From positions 1,240,001 through 1,304,000 of the forward strand of contig OZ024740.1 in NCBI GenBank assembly GCA_964016885.1: a stretch of 64,000 nucleotides of DNA, written 5' to 3'. Shown piece by piece: positions 26,767 through 40,100 of the stretch; within the stretch, counting starts at the first letter, position 1, and each line of letters opens with the position of its first letter. The notes beneath the pieces were generated by a model. It made no database searches, was not told the DNA's origin, and saw only the letters and a program-made list of their open reading frames with translations. Position numbers and translations under genes: made by a program. The DNA is from Eledone cirrhosa (taxonomy: Eukaryota).

Positions 26767-26973
26767 AATTGTTTCTACTTTTGGCACAAGGCCAGCAATT
26801 CACCAGTGCATTACTGGTACTTTATTTTATCGACCCCGTTAGGATGAAAGGCAAAGTTAACCTCAAATCCCGCCAAGGTTAACTTTGCCTTTCATCCTTA
26901 CGGGGTCGATAAAATAAAGTACCAGTAATGCACTGGGTAATTGCTGGCCTTGTGCCAAAAGTAGAAACAAGTT
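26767..26973. mobile_element. Head-to-head inverted pair of SINE 3' halves
   Basis: 26767-26863 (-) and about 26863-26973 (+) both match the SINE at 55354-55540. Confidence 0.88.
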
Positions 26974-27646
26974 ATATATATATATATATATATATATATA
27001 CTTATATATATATATATACATATGATATTTATATATGTATACACACATAAGTGATATATATACATACATGTGATATATATGTATACATACATATGCAATA
27101 TATATAAGTACATATAGATACGTATATGATATATATAGAGAGAGAGAGTGAGTGAGTGAAAGAGAGAGAGAGTGAGTGAGTGAAAGAGAGAGAGACAGGC
27201 AGAGAAGTATTGGTATATATCATGTAGTCCATTTACAGGTATTAAAATAGATTAAAAGCTTAAAATACCTTTAGTTTTCTTTGTTTTTAATCAATATTGT
27301 ATTGAAAACTAGTGTATGGACAAGGTTCTACAATGTCATCCAATTTACTAGAAATAGCAGCCTAACAACCCTCACATCTCATGTTACCATCTTAAAAAAG
27401 AAATCACTGCTTAGAGTACGTAGTCATAGATACTAAATGTGAATAAAAGAGGGGATGGTCATATGTGGAAGATGATTAGTCAGCCAAATCAGAGATGACT
27501 TAATGTTAAACAATAACTAGTCTGGGTAGAATGACAGGTGTTCCACAGTTGGACATTGTCAAATGACATGTAAACAGAAGTGGGAAGAATACACTGTTCT
27601 ATCCTCATGGTGTATTTCAACTTATTACACCATAAACACCCCACCT

Positions 27647-27932
27647 CTACTACTACTATTCCTACTACTACCAATACCACTACTACTACCAATACCACCA
27701 CCACCACCACTACTACTACTATTACAACCACCACTACTACCACCAGAATTACTACCTCTACAACTATTACTACAACTACAACCACTATTACCAACACCTC
27801 CACTACGACTACTACTATTACCACCACCACTACCACCACCACCACTACTACTATTACCACCACTACTACCACCACCACTACTACCACCACCACCACTACT
27901 ACTACCCCCACCACTACTGCTACAACTACTAC
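27647..27932. repeat. (ACT/ACC)n compound trinucleotide microsatellite
   Basis: Direct reading. Confidence 0.95.
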
Positions 27933-28332
27933 TAGACAGCAAAACTAATTGCTACATGTACAACACAGTGACCACCATCACCACCATCAACACCGTTTAA
28001 CGTCATGGTGATGATGGTGATGGTGATGATGATGACATAAATCTTAATCTGTGAAAGCTACAGTAGATCCATTAATCCCTTCAGATTGAATGATTAAGAT
28101 GGGACCCAGTAATTCAGTTTAAGCTACTTATTAACACAAAAAGATTTTAGTATAGATCTTCCCCAGTACTCTACCAACCTAATATATGTGTGTGAGTCCA
28201 GGGTTCAATCAGCATTAACCACAGTTAGTAAAGTTAGTAAGGTACTCAATACATTAGTAGAGTGTATACACCATGTTTAATATAGAAATGACTTCTACAG
28301 GACTGGAACATTTCTATATTACACATGTTTAT

Positions 28333-29745
28333 ATCATCATCATCATCATCCACGCTAGTATGGGTTAGACGGGAGTTGTTCCACTTGAGGCAAGGTTGGT
28401 TGGGTGACCGTGTCTCCCTCATATAGGACTATCTGGCAGGTTTTCTACGGCTGGATGCCCTTCCTAACACCAACCACATTACAGTGTGGACTGTGTGTTT
28501 TTTTGTTGTGACATCTACACAATCTCGATCTCGTTCTCATTTATTTGGACTGGATGTTGTGGTACCAACTTTACAGAGAGAGGGTGGTGTTGGTGGGAGT
28601 GGGAGGATAGAGTAGGGGTAGTGGATTGGGGTGTATATTTGGTTAAGAGGTGCCTACTGACTATAGGTTTCGCTTTGTACATAGGTAAGGCGGGTCTTCT
28701 GTATTACTGCATAGCGCCAAAGATCTCGGTCCAGTGGCATTGTCTTGGAGAGGTGCAAGTGTGTAAGGTCGGAATTTATCAAATCGTCCCAGGTTCTCTG
28801 GGTCTACCTAATCCGTAACTACCATCAATTTTGATAGCCCTGCACTTTTTTATACAGCTGTCGTCTTTCATGCGCATCACGTGGCCATACCAATGTAGTA
28901 TTCTCTCAAGTAAACAGCATCTGATCCCTCTTATTCCTAATTTCTCACTTAGTTAATTTATGCTTTGCCGTTCATGTATGCTTCATTCCTTTCCAGTCTA
29001 CGCAAGTCCTCTGCACACAATGCCCATGTCTCACTGCCATGTAGCATTGCTGTTCGTATACAGGCATCATACAATCTGCCTTTCATTTTTAGATTGACGC
29101 AAGTTACGGAGTAGGTAGACCCAGAAAAACCTGGGACGACATGATAAAATCCGACCTAGCAAACTTACACCTCTCTAAGACAATGTCACTGGATTGAGAA
29201 CTTTGGTGCCACGCTGTAATACCCGCCTGCCCTACATACAAAGTTAACCTACAGTCAGTAGGCACCTCTTAACCAAATATACACCCCAACCCACTACCCC
29301 TACTCCATCCTCCCACATTTACAATGTGTGCTGGGTGCTTTTTGTTGAGTCTCCTACACAACCAATTTACAGTATGGGCTGGATAGTTTTGTGATACCAA
29401 CATAGCTTTACAGAGTAAGGGTGGTGTGAGCAGAAGTGGGAGGTTGGTGTTGTGGGGGGGTGCAGTGGTGCAGTGGTGTGGGAGGGTGCTGTAGTGATGT
29501 GTGAGGGTCGTGTAGTGGTGTGGGGGGTTATGAGAGGAGGATATGGTGGATTAAGAGGTGCCTACTGGGTGTAGGATGACAGCTGTATAAAAAGGTGCAA
29601 GGCAATCAAAATTGATGGAAACTACGGAGTAGGAAGACCCGAGATGGGGTAATAAAAGCTGACCTTGCACACTTGCACCTCTCAAAGACAATGACACAGT
29701 ATCAAGATCTTTGGCATTATACAGTAATACAGAAGACCCACTTTC
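28333..29745. mobile_element. Cluster of decayed RTE 3' fragments in alternating orientation
   Basis: Approximately (-) 28333-29092, (+) 29093-29316, (-) 29316-29570, (+) 29571-29745, by similarity to other RTE copies here. Confidence 0.75.
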
Positions 29746-30018
29746 CCTATATATATGTGTGTGTCCCAGGTTCAATCGGGGGTAGAAGACAGGCGAGAAT
29801 ATATACTTTTCTCGTCTATGTAAATGAGGTGATACGAAATATTTATACTTATTGTATAAAGCTATGCTTGAAGCGAAATCCTATTTCTTTTTTATTATAA
29901 GTTGAGCCAACTTATGCAGCTTCATATGCAAATGAGATTAATCACCTCATTTACACAGACGAGAAAAGTATATATTCTCGCCTGTCTTCTAGTCCAGCAG
30001 TTGCAAGCGGAAGGAGGG

Positions 30019-30062
30019 ACCGTCCTGATGAAGGCCAGTTAAGCCTGAAATGCATAGATGGT
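30019..30062 (+). ncRNA. Isolated minimal type I hammerhead ribozyme
   Basis: ACCGTC / CTGATGA 30025-30031 / AGGC-cagttaa-GCCT / GAAA / TGCA / TA / GATGGT; palindromic ATGCAT; outer stem GTCCAGCAG 29992-30000 / CTGCTGGAC 30076-30084. Confidence 0.85.
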
Positions 30063-30197
30063 TGTCCCCCTTGTTCTGCTGGACATCACCAGAGGGCGTT
30101 TGCATAGCTACGGCTTCCTAAAACCGTATTTCTTTGGAGATACAAAATATATATATATATGTATGAATGAATGTGTATATATATCTATGTATGATCA

Positions 30198-32386
30198 TGG
30201 TGAGGCAGTTACAGGAAAAGTGTCAGCTAAAAGTAAGCCGCTCTACCTGGCATTTGTTGATCTGGAAAAAGCCTTCAACAGAGTGCCCTGGGCTATAATC
30301 TGGTGGACTCTTAGAAAACTAGGAGTAGATGAGTGGCTTATGAAGGCTGTACAAGCCATGTAAAAGGGGAGCAGTCAGCAAAGTTAAGGTTAACAATGAC
30401 TATAGCGAGGAATTTAGTGTACAGGTTGGCGCCCACCAGGGCTCCTGTTTATCATTGTACTACATGCTATAACAGAGGAGTTCAAGACCAGCTTCCATGA
30501 CAACTCATGTAGGTAGATGATCTTACACTCATAGCGGAATCTATGGTAGAACTAGAGAAGAAATTCCAAACTTGGAAGCAGAGACTAGAAAGTCAACCTG
30601 ACAAAGACTAAGGTCCTAGTAAGTAAAAGAAAAACAGAACTCTGATCCCCTCAGGGAAATGGCCTTGCTCAGTGTGTAGGTAAAAATTCCATCCTCTGCC
30701 CCAAATGCAAACAATGGGTACACAAAAGATGTAGCGAGATCTCAGGAAGTTTAGCTAAGAATGCAGGCTTTACATGTAGCAGTTGCACCGAGACAGTAAG
30801 CAGCAAACAGCCACAGGAAACAAGTACCACCAAACTCTGGGAAGGTTCGGTAGAAACACTAGACAGCTTCTGCTACCTAGGTGACCGAATTCGCAGCAGA
30901 GGTGGGTGTTCAGAAAGTACAATAACTAGGGTAAGAACGGGATGGAAGAGGTTCAGGGAGCTGCTACCACTGCTAGCTACAAAAGGCTTTTCCCTCAGAA
31001 TGAAAGGTAGACTCTATGATGTGTGCATACTAACAGCAATGTTGCATGGTAGTGAGACCTGGGCGTTGTGTGCAGAAGAAGACTTGCGTAGATTGGAAAG
31101 GAATGAAACTTGCAATGTTCTGATGGATGTGTAATAGTAATATACTTGAATGGCAAAGCATAAACAAACTGAGAAACTAGGCATAAAAAGAATCAAATGC
31201 TATGTGCAGGAGAGTAGATTGTGTTGGTATGGACATGTGATGCGCATGAAGGGTGGGAGCTGTATAAAAAGGTGCAGAGCGCTCAGAGTTGCTGGAAGTT
31301 GTGGAGTGGGGAGACCCAGGAAGACTTGGGATGAGGCGATAAAAGCTGACCTTGCCCAACTGCACCTCTCAAAGGCGATGACACAGGACCAAGACCTCTG
31401 GTGTTATGCAGTATTACAGAAGACCAGAGTTCCCATGGGTACAGGCCAAGGTTGAAGCCTATAAATAGTATGCACCACCCCACCCACTCCCATGAGGACA
31501 GGCTAAAGTATACATCCAGTGAAGCCTCCAGCTCACACTGTAAAGTGGTCGTGATGGTGACATGACAAAAAGCACCCAGACCACACTGTAAAGTGGTCGT
31601 GATGGTGACATGACAAAAAGCACCCAGACCACACTGTAAAGTGGTCGTGATGGTGACATGACAAAAAGTACCCAGTACACACTGTAAAGTGGTCGTGATG
31701 GTGACATGACAAAAAGTACCCAGACCACACTGTAAAGTGGTCATGATGGTGACATGACAAAAAGTACCCAGTGCACACTGCAAAGTGGTCGTGATGGTGA
31801 CATGACAAAAAGTACCCAGACCACACTGTAAAGTGGTCGTGATGGTGACATGACAAAAAGTACCCAGTGCACACTGCAAAGTGGTCGTGATGGTGACATG
31901 ACAAAAAGTACCCAGACCACACTGTAAAGTGGTCGTGATGGTGACATGACAAAAAGTACCCAGACCACACTGTAAAGTGGTCGTGATGGTGACATGACAA
32001 AAAGTACCCAGACCACACTGTAAAGTGGTCGTGATGGTGACATGACAAAAAGTACCCAGACCACACTGTAAAGTGGTCGTGATGGTGACATGACAAAAAG
32101 TACCCAGTGCACACTGCAAAGTGGTCGTGATGGTGACATGACAAAAAGTAACCAGTGCACACTGTAATGTGGTCGTTTATATGTCATGGCAAAAAGTACC
32201 CAGTACTCACTGTAAATGTGGTTGGTGGCTAGGAAGGGCATCCAGCTGTAGAAACCAAACCAAAATCAGTTCTGTATGAGCAAGACATGGTCACCTGACC
32301 TGGCATTGCTCACAACAGGACAACTCATCTAACTCATGCCAGCATGGAAAAATGGACATTAAACGGATGGTGATGATGATGATGAT
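30198..32386 (+). mobile_element. Older RTE (family A-related) copy with expanded 3'UTR repeat
   Basis: [17 protein letters not shown]...GRPRKTW with many stops and indels; (GAT)n tail at about 32370-32386. Confidence 0.88.
31534..32215. repeat. 48-bp minisatellite (about 14 copies) inside the RTE 3'UTR
   Basis: CACACTGTAAAGTGGTCGTGATGGTGACATGACAAAAAGTACCCAGAC; starts at 31534, 31582 and so on. Confidence 0.95.
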
Positions 32387-32401
32387 ACACATGTATGTGT
32401 A

Positions 32402-33243
32402 TGGAAGCATGGCCTTGAATCAAAAGGCCTTAGAGTCAACTTGTCTAAGACTAAGGTTCTAGTATGTAGGAAGGAAAGTAGGGCACAGGTCCCCTCTGGG
32501 AAATGGCCATGCTCAGTGTGTAAGAAAGGAGTAGGCAGAAACTCCATTCTACGTCCCAAATGCAAACTATGGGTACAAAGAAGATGTAGTGGTATCAGAG
32601 GTAAGCTATCTAAGGATGTAGATTTTATATATGGCCAATGCTCAGGTGCAATAAGTAGCAAGGACCCACTGGATGATATCTCCAACTGTCCAGATGGTTC
32701 TATAGAAATAGTAGGCACCTTCCATTACCTGGGTGACATAATCAGAAGTGGAGGAGGGTGCTCCGAAAGAGTAGTAGCCAGAGTTAGAGGTGGATGGAAA
32801 AAGTTCAGAGAGCTAATACCACTATTGACCACAAGGGGTTTTTCTCTACAAATGAAAGGCAGATTGTATGATGCATGTATACGGCAATATTACATGGTAG
32901 TGAGACTTCGGCATTGTGTGCTGAAGTCCTGCGTAGATTAGAAAGAAATGAAGCTTGCATGCTCCAATGGATGTGTAATAGAAATGTGCGCGAAAGGCGA
33001 AGCATAAACAAACTAAGAGGGAGACTAAGCATAAGAGGTATCAAATGTGTTCTGGAGAGGAGTCTGCGTTGGTATGGACATGAGATGCATATGAAGCACG
33101 ACAGCTGTATAAAAAAGTGCAGGACAATGAAAATTGATGGAAGCTGCGAAGTGGGTAGACCAAGAAAAACCTGGGACGAGGGGATAAGAACTGACCTTGC
33201 TCACTTACACCTCTCTAAGACAACGACACTGGATCGAGACCTA
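32402..33243 (+). mobile_element. RTE fragment (end of RT, Cys finger, C-terminus), no 3'UTR
   Basis: KTKVLV...WPCSVC...YLGD...GRPRKTW. Confidence 0.88.
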
Positions 33244-33244
33244 T

Positions 33245-33527
33245 GCACATACATGTACATGTGTGTAAATGTACACATACATGTACATGTGTGTAAATGT
33301 ACACATACATGTATATGTGTGTAGATGTACACATACATGTATATGTGTGTAAATGTACACATACATGTATATGTGTGTAAATGTACACATACATGTATGT
33401 GTGTAAATGTACACATACATGTATATGTGTGTAGATGTATACATACATGTACATGTGTGTAGATGTACACATACATATATGTGTGTGTAGATGTACACAT
33501 ACATATATATGTGTGTAGATGTACACA
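33245..33527. repeat. About 28-bp tandem repeat (about 10 copies)
   Basis: GTGTGTAAATGTACACATACATGTAYAT; starts at 33261, 33289. Confidence 0.9.
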
Positions 33528-34137
33528 GTCATGTGTGCAGCCAGAGAAGATGTGAAGTTACAGGACAGCAGTACACAGCGTGCTACAAGCCACAGTGTCA
33601 TGTATATACAAGTCACATTACTGTGTTTTATCTCAATCTGCCAAACTGAGAAACATTTACAACCTTAAGACAACAAGGGCACTCTATGTGGTCGATAGAT
33701 CTGCTAGATATAGCAGTCAAATCTTCCTGAAATCGCATTTTACCCTCTTAAATAGGAAAAAGACGTTGTATAATGAAGTCCTAGATATCCACAAAAACAG
33801 GTTTGTCGTGGATGGAATGTCTCAGCTCAAGTAGCTAAATAAGAACAACAATTGAAGTCCATGGTAACTAGAGAATGTTTGTTTGATCAACTATCTGTGT
33901 CAACAAAAGATTTCTAAACAGAGAATATAGAAGAGCTACTTAACTATAACAACTGTTAAAGGGGCTGTTTTGTAGATTTGGTGGTTAAATAAGGTGCAGT
34001 AGAGAAGGAGAGAGAGAGAGAACGAGGGAGAGAGAGGGGGGAGGGAAAGAGACAGGCAGGAAGGGGGAGATTATGAAGAACAATACACTGCAAGGGTAAG
34101 ATTCACATAAACTTGTTGATGATGACCTGGTTAGCTC

Positions 34138-37100
34138 GTCTGGAAAGTTATATAAGATATCTCACACTATACAGTAACTGGTCTGGAAGGTTATATAAGA
34201 TATCTCACACTATACAGTAACTGGTATGGAAGGTTATAGAAGATATCTCACACTATATAGTAACTGGTCTGGAAGGTTATATAAGATATCTCACACTATA
34301 TAGTAACTGGTCTGGAAGGTTATATAAGATATCTCACACTATATAGTAACTGGTCTGGAAGGTTATATAAGATATCTCACTATATAGTAACTGGTCTGGA
34401 AGGTTATATAAGATATCTAACACTATACAGTAACTGGTCTGGAAGGTTATATAAGATATCTCACACTATATAGTAACTGGTCTGGAAGGTTATATAAGAT
34501 ATCTCACACTATATAGTAACTAGTCTGGAAGTTTATAGAAGATATCTCACACTATATAGTAACTGGTCTAGAAGGTTATATAAGATATCTCACACTATAC
34601 AGTAACTGGTCTGGAAGGTTATAGAAGATATCTCACACTATACAGTAACTGGTATGGAAGGTTATAGAAGATATCTCACACTATATAGTAACTGGTCTGG
34701 AAGGTTATATAAGATATCTCACTATATAGTTACTGGTCTGGAAGATTATATAAGATATCTCACACTATATAGTAACTGGTCTGGAAGGTTATAGAAGATA
34801 TCTCACACTATATAGTAACTGGTCTGGAAAGTTATAGAAGATATCTCACACTATATAGTAACTAGTCTGGAAGGTTATATAAGATATCTCACACTATACA
34901 GTAACTGGTCTGGAAGGTTATATAAGATATCTCACACTATACAGTAACTGGTATGGAAGGATATAGAAGATATCTCACACTATATAGTAACTGGTCTGGA
35001 AAGTTATATAAGATATCTCACACTATATAGTAACTAGTCTGGAAGTTTATAGAAGATATCTCATACTATATAGTAACTGGTCTGGGAGGTTATAGAAGAT
35101 ATCTCACACTATATAGTAACTAGTCTGGAAGGTTATATAAGATATCTCACACTATACAGTAACTGGTCTGGAAGGTTATAGAAGATATCTCACACTATAC
35201 AGTAACTGGTCTGGAAGGTTATAGAAGATATCTCACACTATATAGTAACTGTTCTGGAAGGTTATCGAAAATATCTCACACTATATAGTAACTGGTCTGG
35301 AAGTATATATAAGATATCTCACACTATACAGTAACTGGTCTGGAAGGTTATATAAGATATCTCACACTATATAGTAACTGGTCTGGAAAGTTATAGAAGA
35401 TATCTCAGACTATATAGTAACTAGTCTGGAAGTATATATAAGATATCTCACACTATATTATAACTGGTCTGGAAGTTTATAGAAGATATCACACACTATA
35501 TAGTAACTGGTCTGGAAGGTTATATAAGATATCTCACACTATATAGTAACTGGTCTGGAAGGTTATATAAGATATCTCACACTATATAGTAACTGGTCTT
35601 GAATGGTTATATAAGATATCTCACACTATATAGTAACTAGTCTGGAAGTATATATAAGATATCTCACACTATACAGTAACTGGTCTGGAAGGTTATATAA
35701 GATATCTCACACTATATAGTAACTGGTCTGGAAAGTTATAGAAGATATCTCAGACTATATAGTAACTAGTCTGGAAGTATATATAAGATATCTCACACTA
35801 TATTATAACTGGTCTGGAAGTTTATAGAAGATATCACACACTATATAGTAACTGGTCTGGAAGGTTATATAAGATATCTCACATTATATAGTAACTGGTC
35901 TGGAAGGTTATATAAGATATCTCACACTATATAGTAACTGGTCTGGAAGGTTATATAAGATATCTCACACTATATAGTAACTGGTCTGGAAGGTTATATA
36001 AGATATCTCACACTATATAGTAACTGGTCTGGAAAGTTATAGAAGATATCTCACACTATATAGTAACTGGTCTGGAAGGTTATATAAGATATCTCACACT
36101 ATATAGTAACTGGTCTTGAATGGTTATATAAGATATCTCACACTATATAGTAACTAGTCTGGAAGTATATATAAGATATCTCACACTATATAGTAACTAG
36201 TCTGGAAGTATATAGAAGATATCTCACACTATATAGTAACTAGTCTGGAAGGTTATAGAAGATATCTCACACTATATAGTAACTAGTCTGGAAGTATATA
36301 GAAGATATCTCACACTATATAGTAACTAGTCTGGAAGTATATAGAAGATATCTCACACTATATAGTAACTGGTCTGGAAGGTTATATAAGATATCTCACA
36401 CTATATAGTAACTAGTCTGGAAGTATATAGAAGATATCTCACACTATATAGTAACTGCTCTGGAAAGTTATATAAGATATCTCACACTATACAGTAACTG
36501 GTCTGGAAGGTTATAGAAGATATCTCACACTATATAGTAACTGGTCTGGAAGGTTATAGAAGATATCTCACTATATAGTAACTGGTCTGAATGTTATAGA
36601 AGATATCTCACACTATATAGTAACTGGTCTGGAAGGTTATATAAGATATCTCACACTATATAGTAACTGGTCTGGAAGTTTATAGAAGATATCTCACACT
36701 ATACAGTAACTAGTCTGGAAGGTTATATAAGATATCTCACACTATACAGTAACTGGTCTGGAAGGTTATATAAGATATCTCACACTATATAGTAACCGGT
36801 CTGGAAGGTTATATAAGATATCTCACACAATACAGTAAGTAGTCTGGAAGGTTATAGAAGATATCTCACACTATATAGTAATTGGTCTGGAAGGTTATAG
36901 AAGATATCTCACAATATATAGTAACTGGTCTGGAAGTTTATATAATATATCTCACATTATATAGTAACTGTTCTGGAAGGTAATATAAGATATCTCACAC
37001 TATATAGTAACTCGTCTGGAAGGTTATAGAAGATATCTCACACTATACAGTAACTGGTCTGGAAGGTTATATAACATATCTCACACTATATAGTAACTGG

Positions 37101-40100
37101 TCTGGAAGGTTATAGAAGATATCTCACACTATATAGTAACTGGTCTGGAAGGTTATAGAAGATATCTCACACTATACAGTAACTGGTCTGGAAGGTTATA
37201 TAAGATATCTCACACTATATAGTAACTGGTCTGGAAGGTTATAGAAGATATCTCACACTATATAGTAACCGGTCTGGAAGGTTATATAGGATATCTCACA
37301 CTATACAGTAACTGGTCTGGAAGGTTATATAAGATATCTCACACTATATAGTAACTGGTCTGGAAGGTTATATAAGATATCTCACACTATACAGTAACTG
37401 GTCTGGAAGGTTATATAAGATATCTCACACTATATAGTAACTGGTCTGGAAGGTTATATAAGATATCTCACTATACAGTAACTGGTCTGGAAGGTTATAG
37501 AAGATATCTCACACTATACAGTAACTGGTCTGGAAGGTTATATAAGATATCTCACACTATACAGTAACTGGTCTGGAAGGTTATAGAAGATATCTCACAC
37601 TATACAGTAACTGGTCTGGAAGGTTATATAAGATATCTCACACTATATAGTAACTGGTCTGGAAGTTTATATAAGATATCTCACACTATATAGTAACTGG
37701 TCTGGAAGGTAATATAAGATATCTAATACTATATAGTAACTGGTCTGGAAGGTTATACAAGATATCTCACACTATACAGTAACTGGTCTGGAAGGTTATA
37801 TAAGATATCTCACACTATACAGTAACTGGTCTGGAAGGTTATAGAAGATATCTCCCACTATACAGTAACTGGTCTGGAAGATTATATAAGATATCTCCCA
37901 CTATACAGTAACTGGTCTGGAAGGTTATATAAGATATCTCACACTATATAGTAACTGGTCTGGAAGGTTATATAAGATATCTCACACTATATTATAACTG
38001 GTCTGGAAGGTTATATAAGATATCTCACACTATATAGTAACTGGTCTGGAAGGTTATATAAGATATCTCACACTATATAGTAACCGGTCTGGAAGGTTAT
38101 ATAAGATATCTCACGCTATACAGTAACTGGTCTGGAAGGTTATATAAGATATCTCACACAATACAGTAAGTAGTCTGGAAGGTTATAGAAGATATCTCAC
38201 ACTATATAGTAATTGGTCTGGAAGGTTATAGAAGATATCTCACACTATATAGTAACTGGTCTGGAAGTTTATATAATATATCTCACATTATACAGTAACT
38301 GGTCTGGAAGGTTATATAAGATATCTCACACTATATAGTAACTGGTCTGGAAGGTTATATAAGATATCTCACACTATACAGTAACTGGTCTGGAAGGTTA
38401 TAGAAGATATCTCACACTATACAGTAACTGGTCTGGAAGGTTATATAAGATATCTCACACTATATAGTAACTGGTCTGGAAGGTTATAGAAGATATCTCA
38501 CCCTATAGAGTAACTGGTCTGGAAGGTTATATAAGATATCTCACACTATACAGTAACTGGTCTGGAAGGTTATATAAGATATCTCACACTATATAGTAAC
38601 TGGTCTGGAAGGTTATATAAGATATCTCACACTATATAGTAACCGGTCTGGAAGGTTATATAGGATATCTCACACTATACAGTAACTGGTCTGGAAGGTT
38701 ATATAAGATATCTCACACTATATAGTAACTGGTCTGGAAGGTTATATAAGATATCTCACACTATACAGTAACTGGTCTGGAAGGTTATATAAGATATCTC
38801 ACACTATATAGTAACCGGTCTGGAAGGTTATATAAGATATCTCACACAATACAGTAAGTAGTCTGGAAGGTTATAGAAGATATCTCACACTATATAGTAA
38901 TTGGTCTGGAAGGTTATAGAAGATATCTCACAATATATAGTAACTGGTCTGGAAGTTTATATAATATATCTCACATTATATAGTAACTGTTCTGGAAGGT
39001 AATATAAGATATCTCACACTATATAGTAACTCGTCTGGAAGGTTATAGAAGATATCTCACACTATACAGTAACTGGTCTGGAAGGTTATATAACATATCT
39101 CACACTATATAGTAACTGGTCTGGAAGGTTATAGAAGATATCTCACACTATATAGTAACTGGTCTGGAAGGTTATAGAAGATATCTCACACTATACAGTA
39201 ACTGGTCTGGAAGGTTATATAAGATATCTCACACTATATAGTAACTGGTCTGGAAGGTTATAGAAGATATCTCACACTATATAGTAACCGGTCTGGAAGG
39301 TTATATAGGATATCTCACACTATACAGTAACTGGTCTGGAAGGTTATATAAGATATCTCACACTATATAGTAACTGGTCTGGAAGGTTATATAAGATATC
39401 TCACACTATACAGTAACTGGTCTGGAAGGTTATATAAGATATCTCACACTATATAGTAACTGGTCTGGAAGGTTATATAAGATATCTCACTATACAGTAA
39501 CTGGTCTGGAAGGTTATAGAAGATATCTCACACTATACAGTAACTGGTCTGGAAGGTTATATAAGATATCTCACACTATACAGTAACTGGTCTGGAAGGT
39601 TATAGAAGATATCTCACACTATACAGTAACTGGTCTGGAAGGTTATATAAGATATCTCACACTATATAGTAACTGGTCTGGAAGTTTATATAAGATATCT
39701 CACACTATATAGTAACTGGTCTGGAAGGTAATATAAGATATCTAATACTATATAGTAACTGGTCTGGAAGGTTATACAAGATATCTCACACTATACAGTA
39801 ACTGGTCTGGAAGGTTATATAAGATATCTCACACTATACAGTAACTGGTCTGGAAGGTTATAGAAGATATCTCCCACTATACAGTAACTGGTCTGGAAGA
39901 TTATATAAGATATCTCCCACTATACAGTAACTGGTCTGGAAGGTTATATAAGATATCTCACACTATATAGTAACTGGTCTGGAAGGTTATATAAGATATC
40001 TCACACTATATTATAACTGGTCTGGAAGGTTATATAAGATATCTCACACTATATAGTAACTGGTCTGGAAGGTTATATAAGATATCTCACACTATATAGT

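Noticed and set aside
28181-29777. Similar ATATGTGTGTG..CCAGG(G)TTCAATC motifs at about 28183 and 29752
   Set aside because: Short, imperfect and not flush with element ends, so not a convincing TSD.
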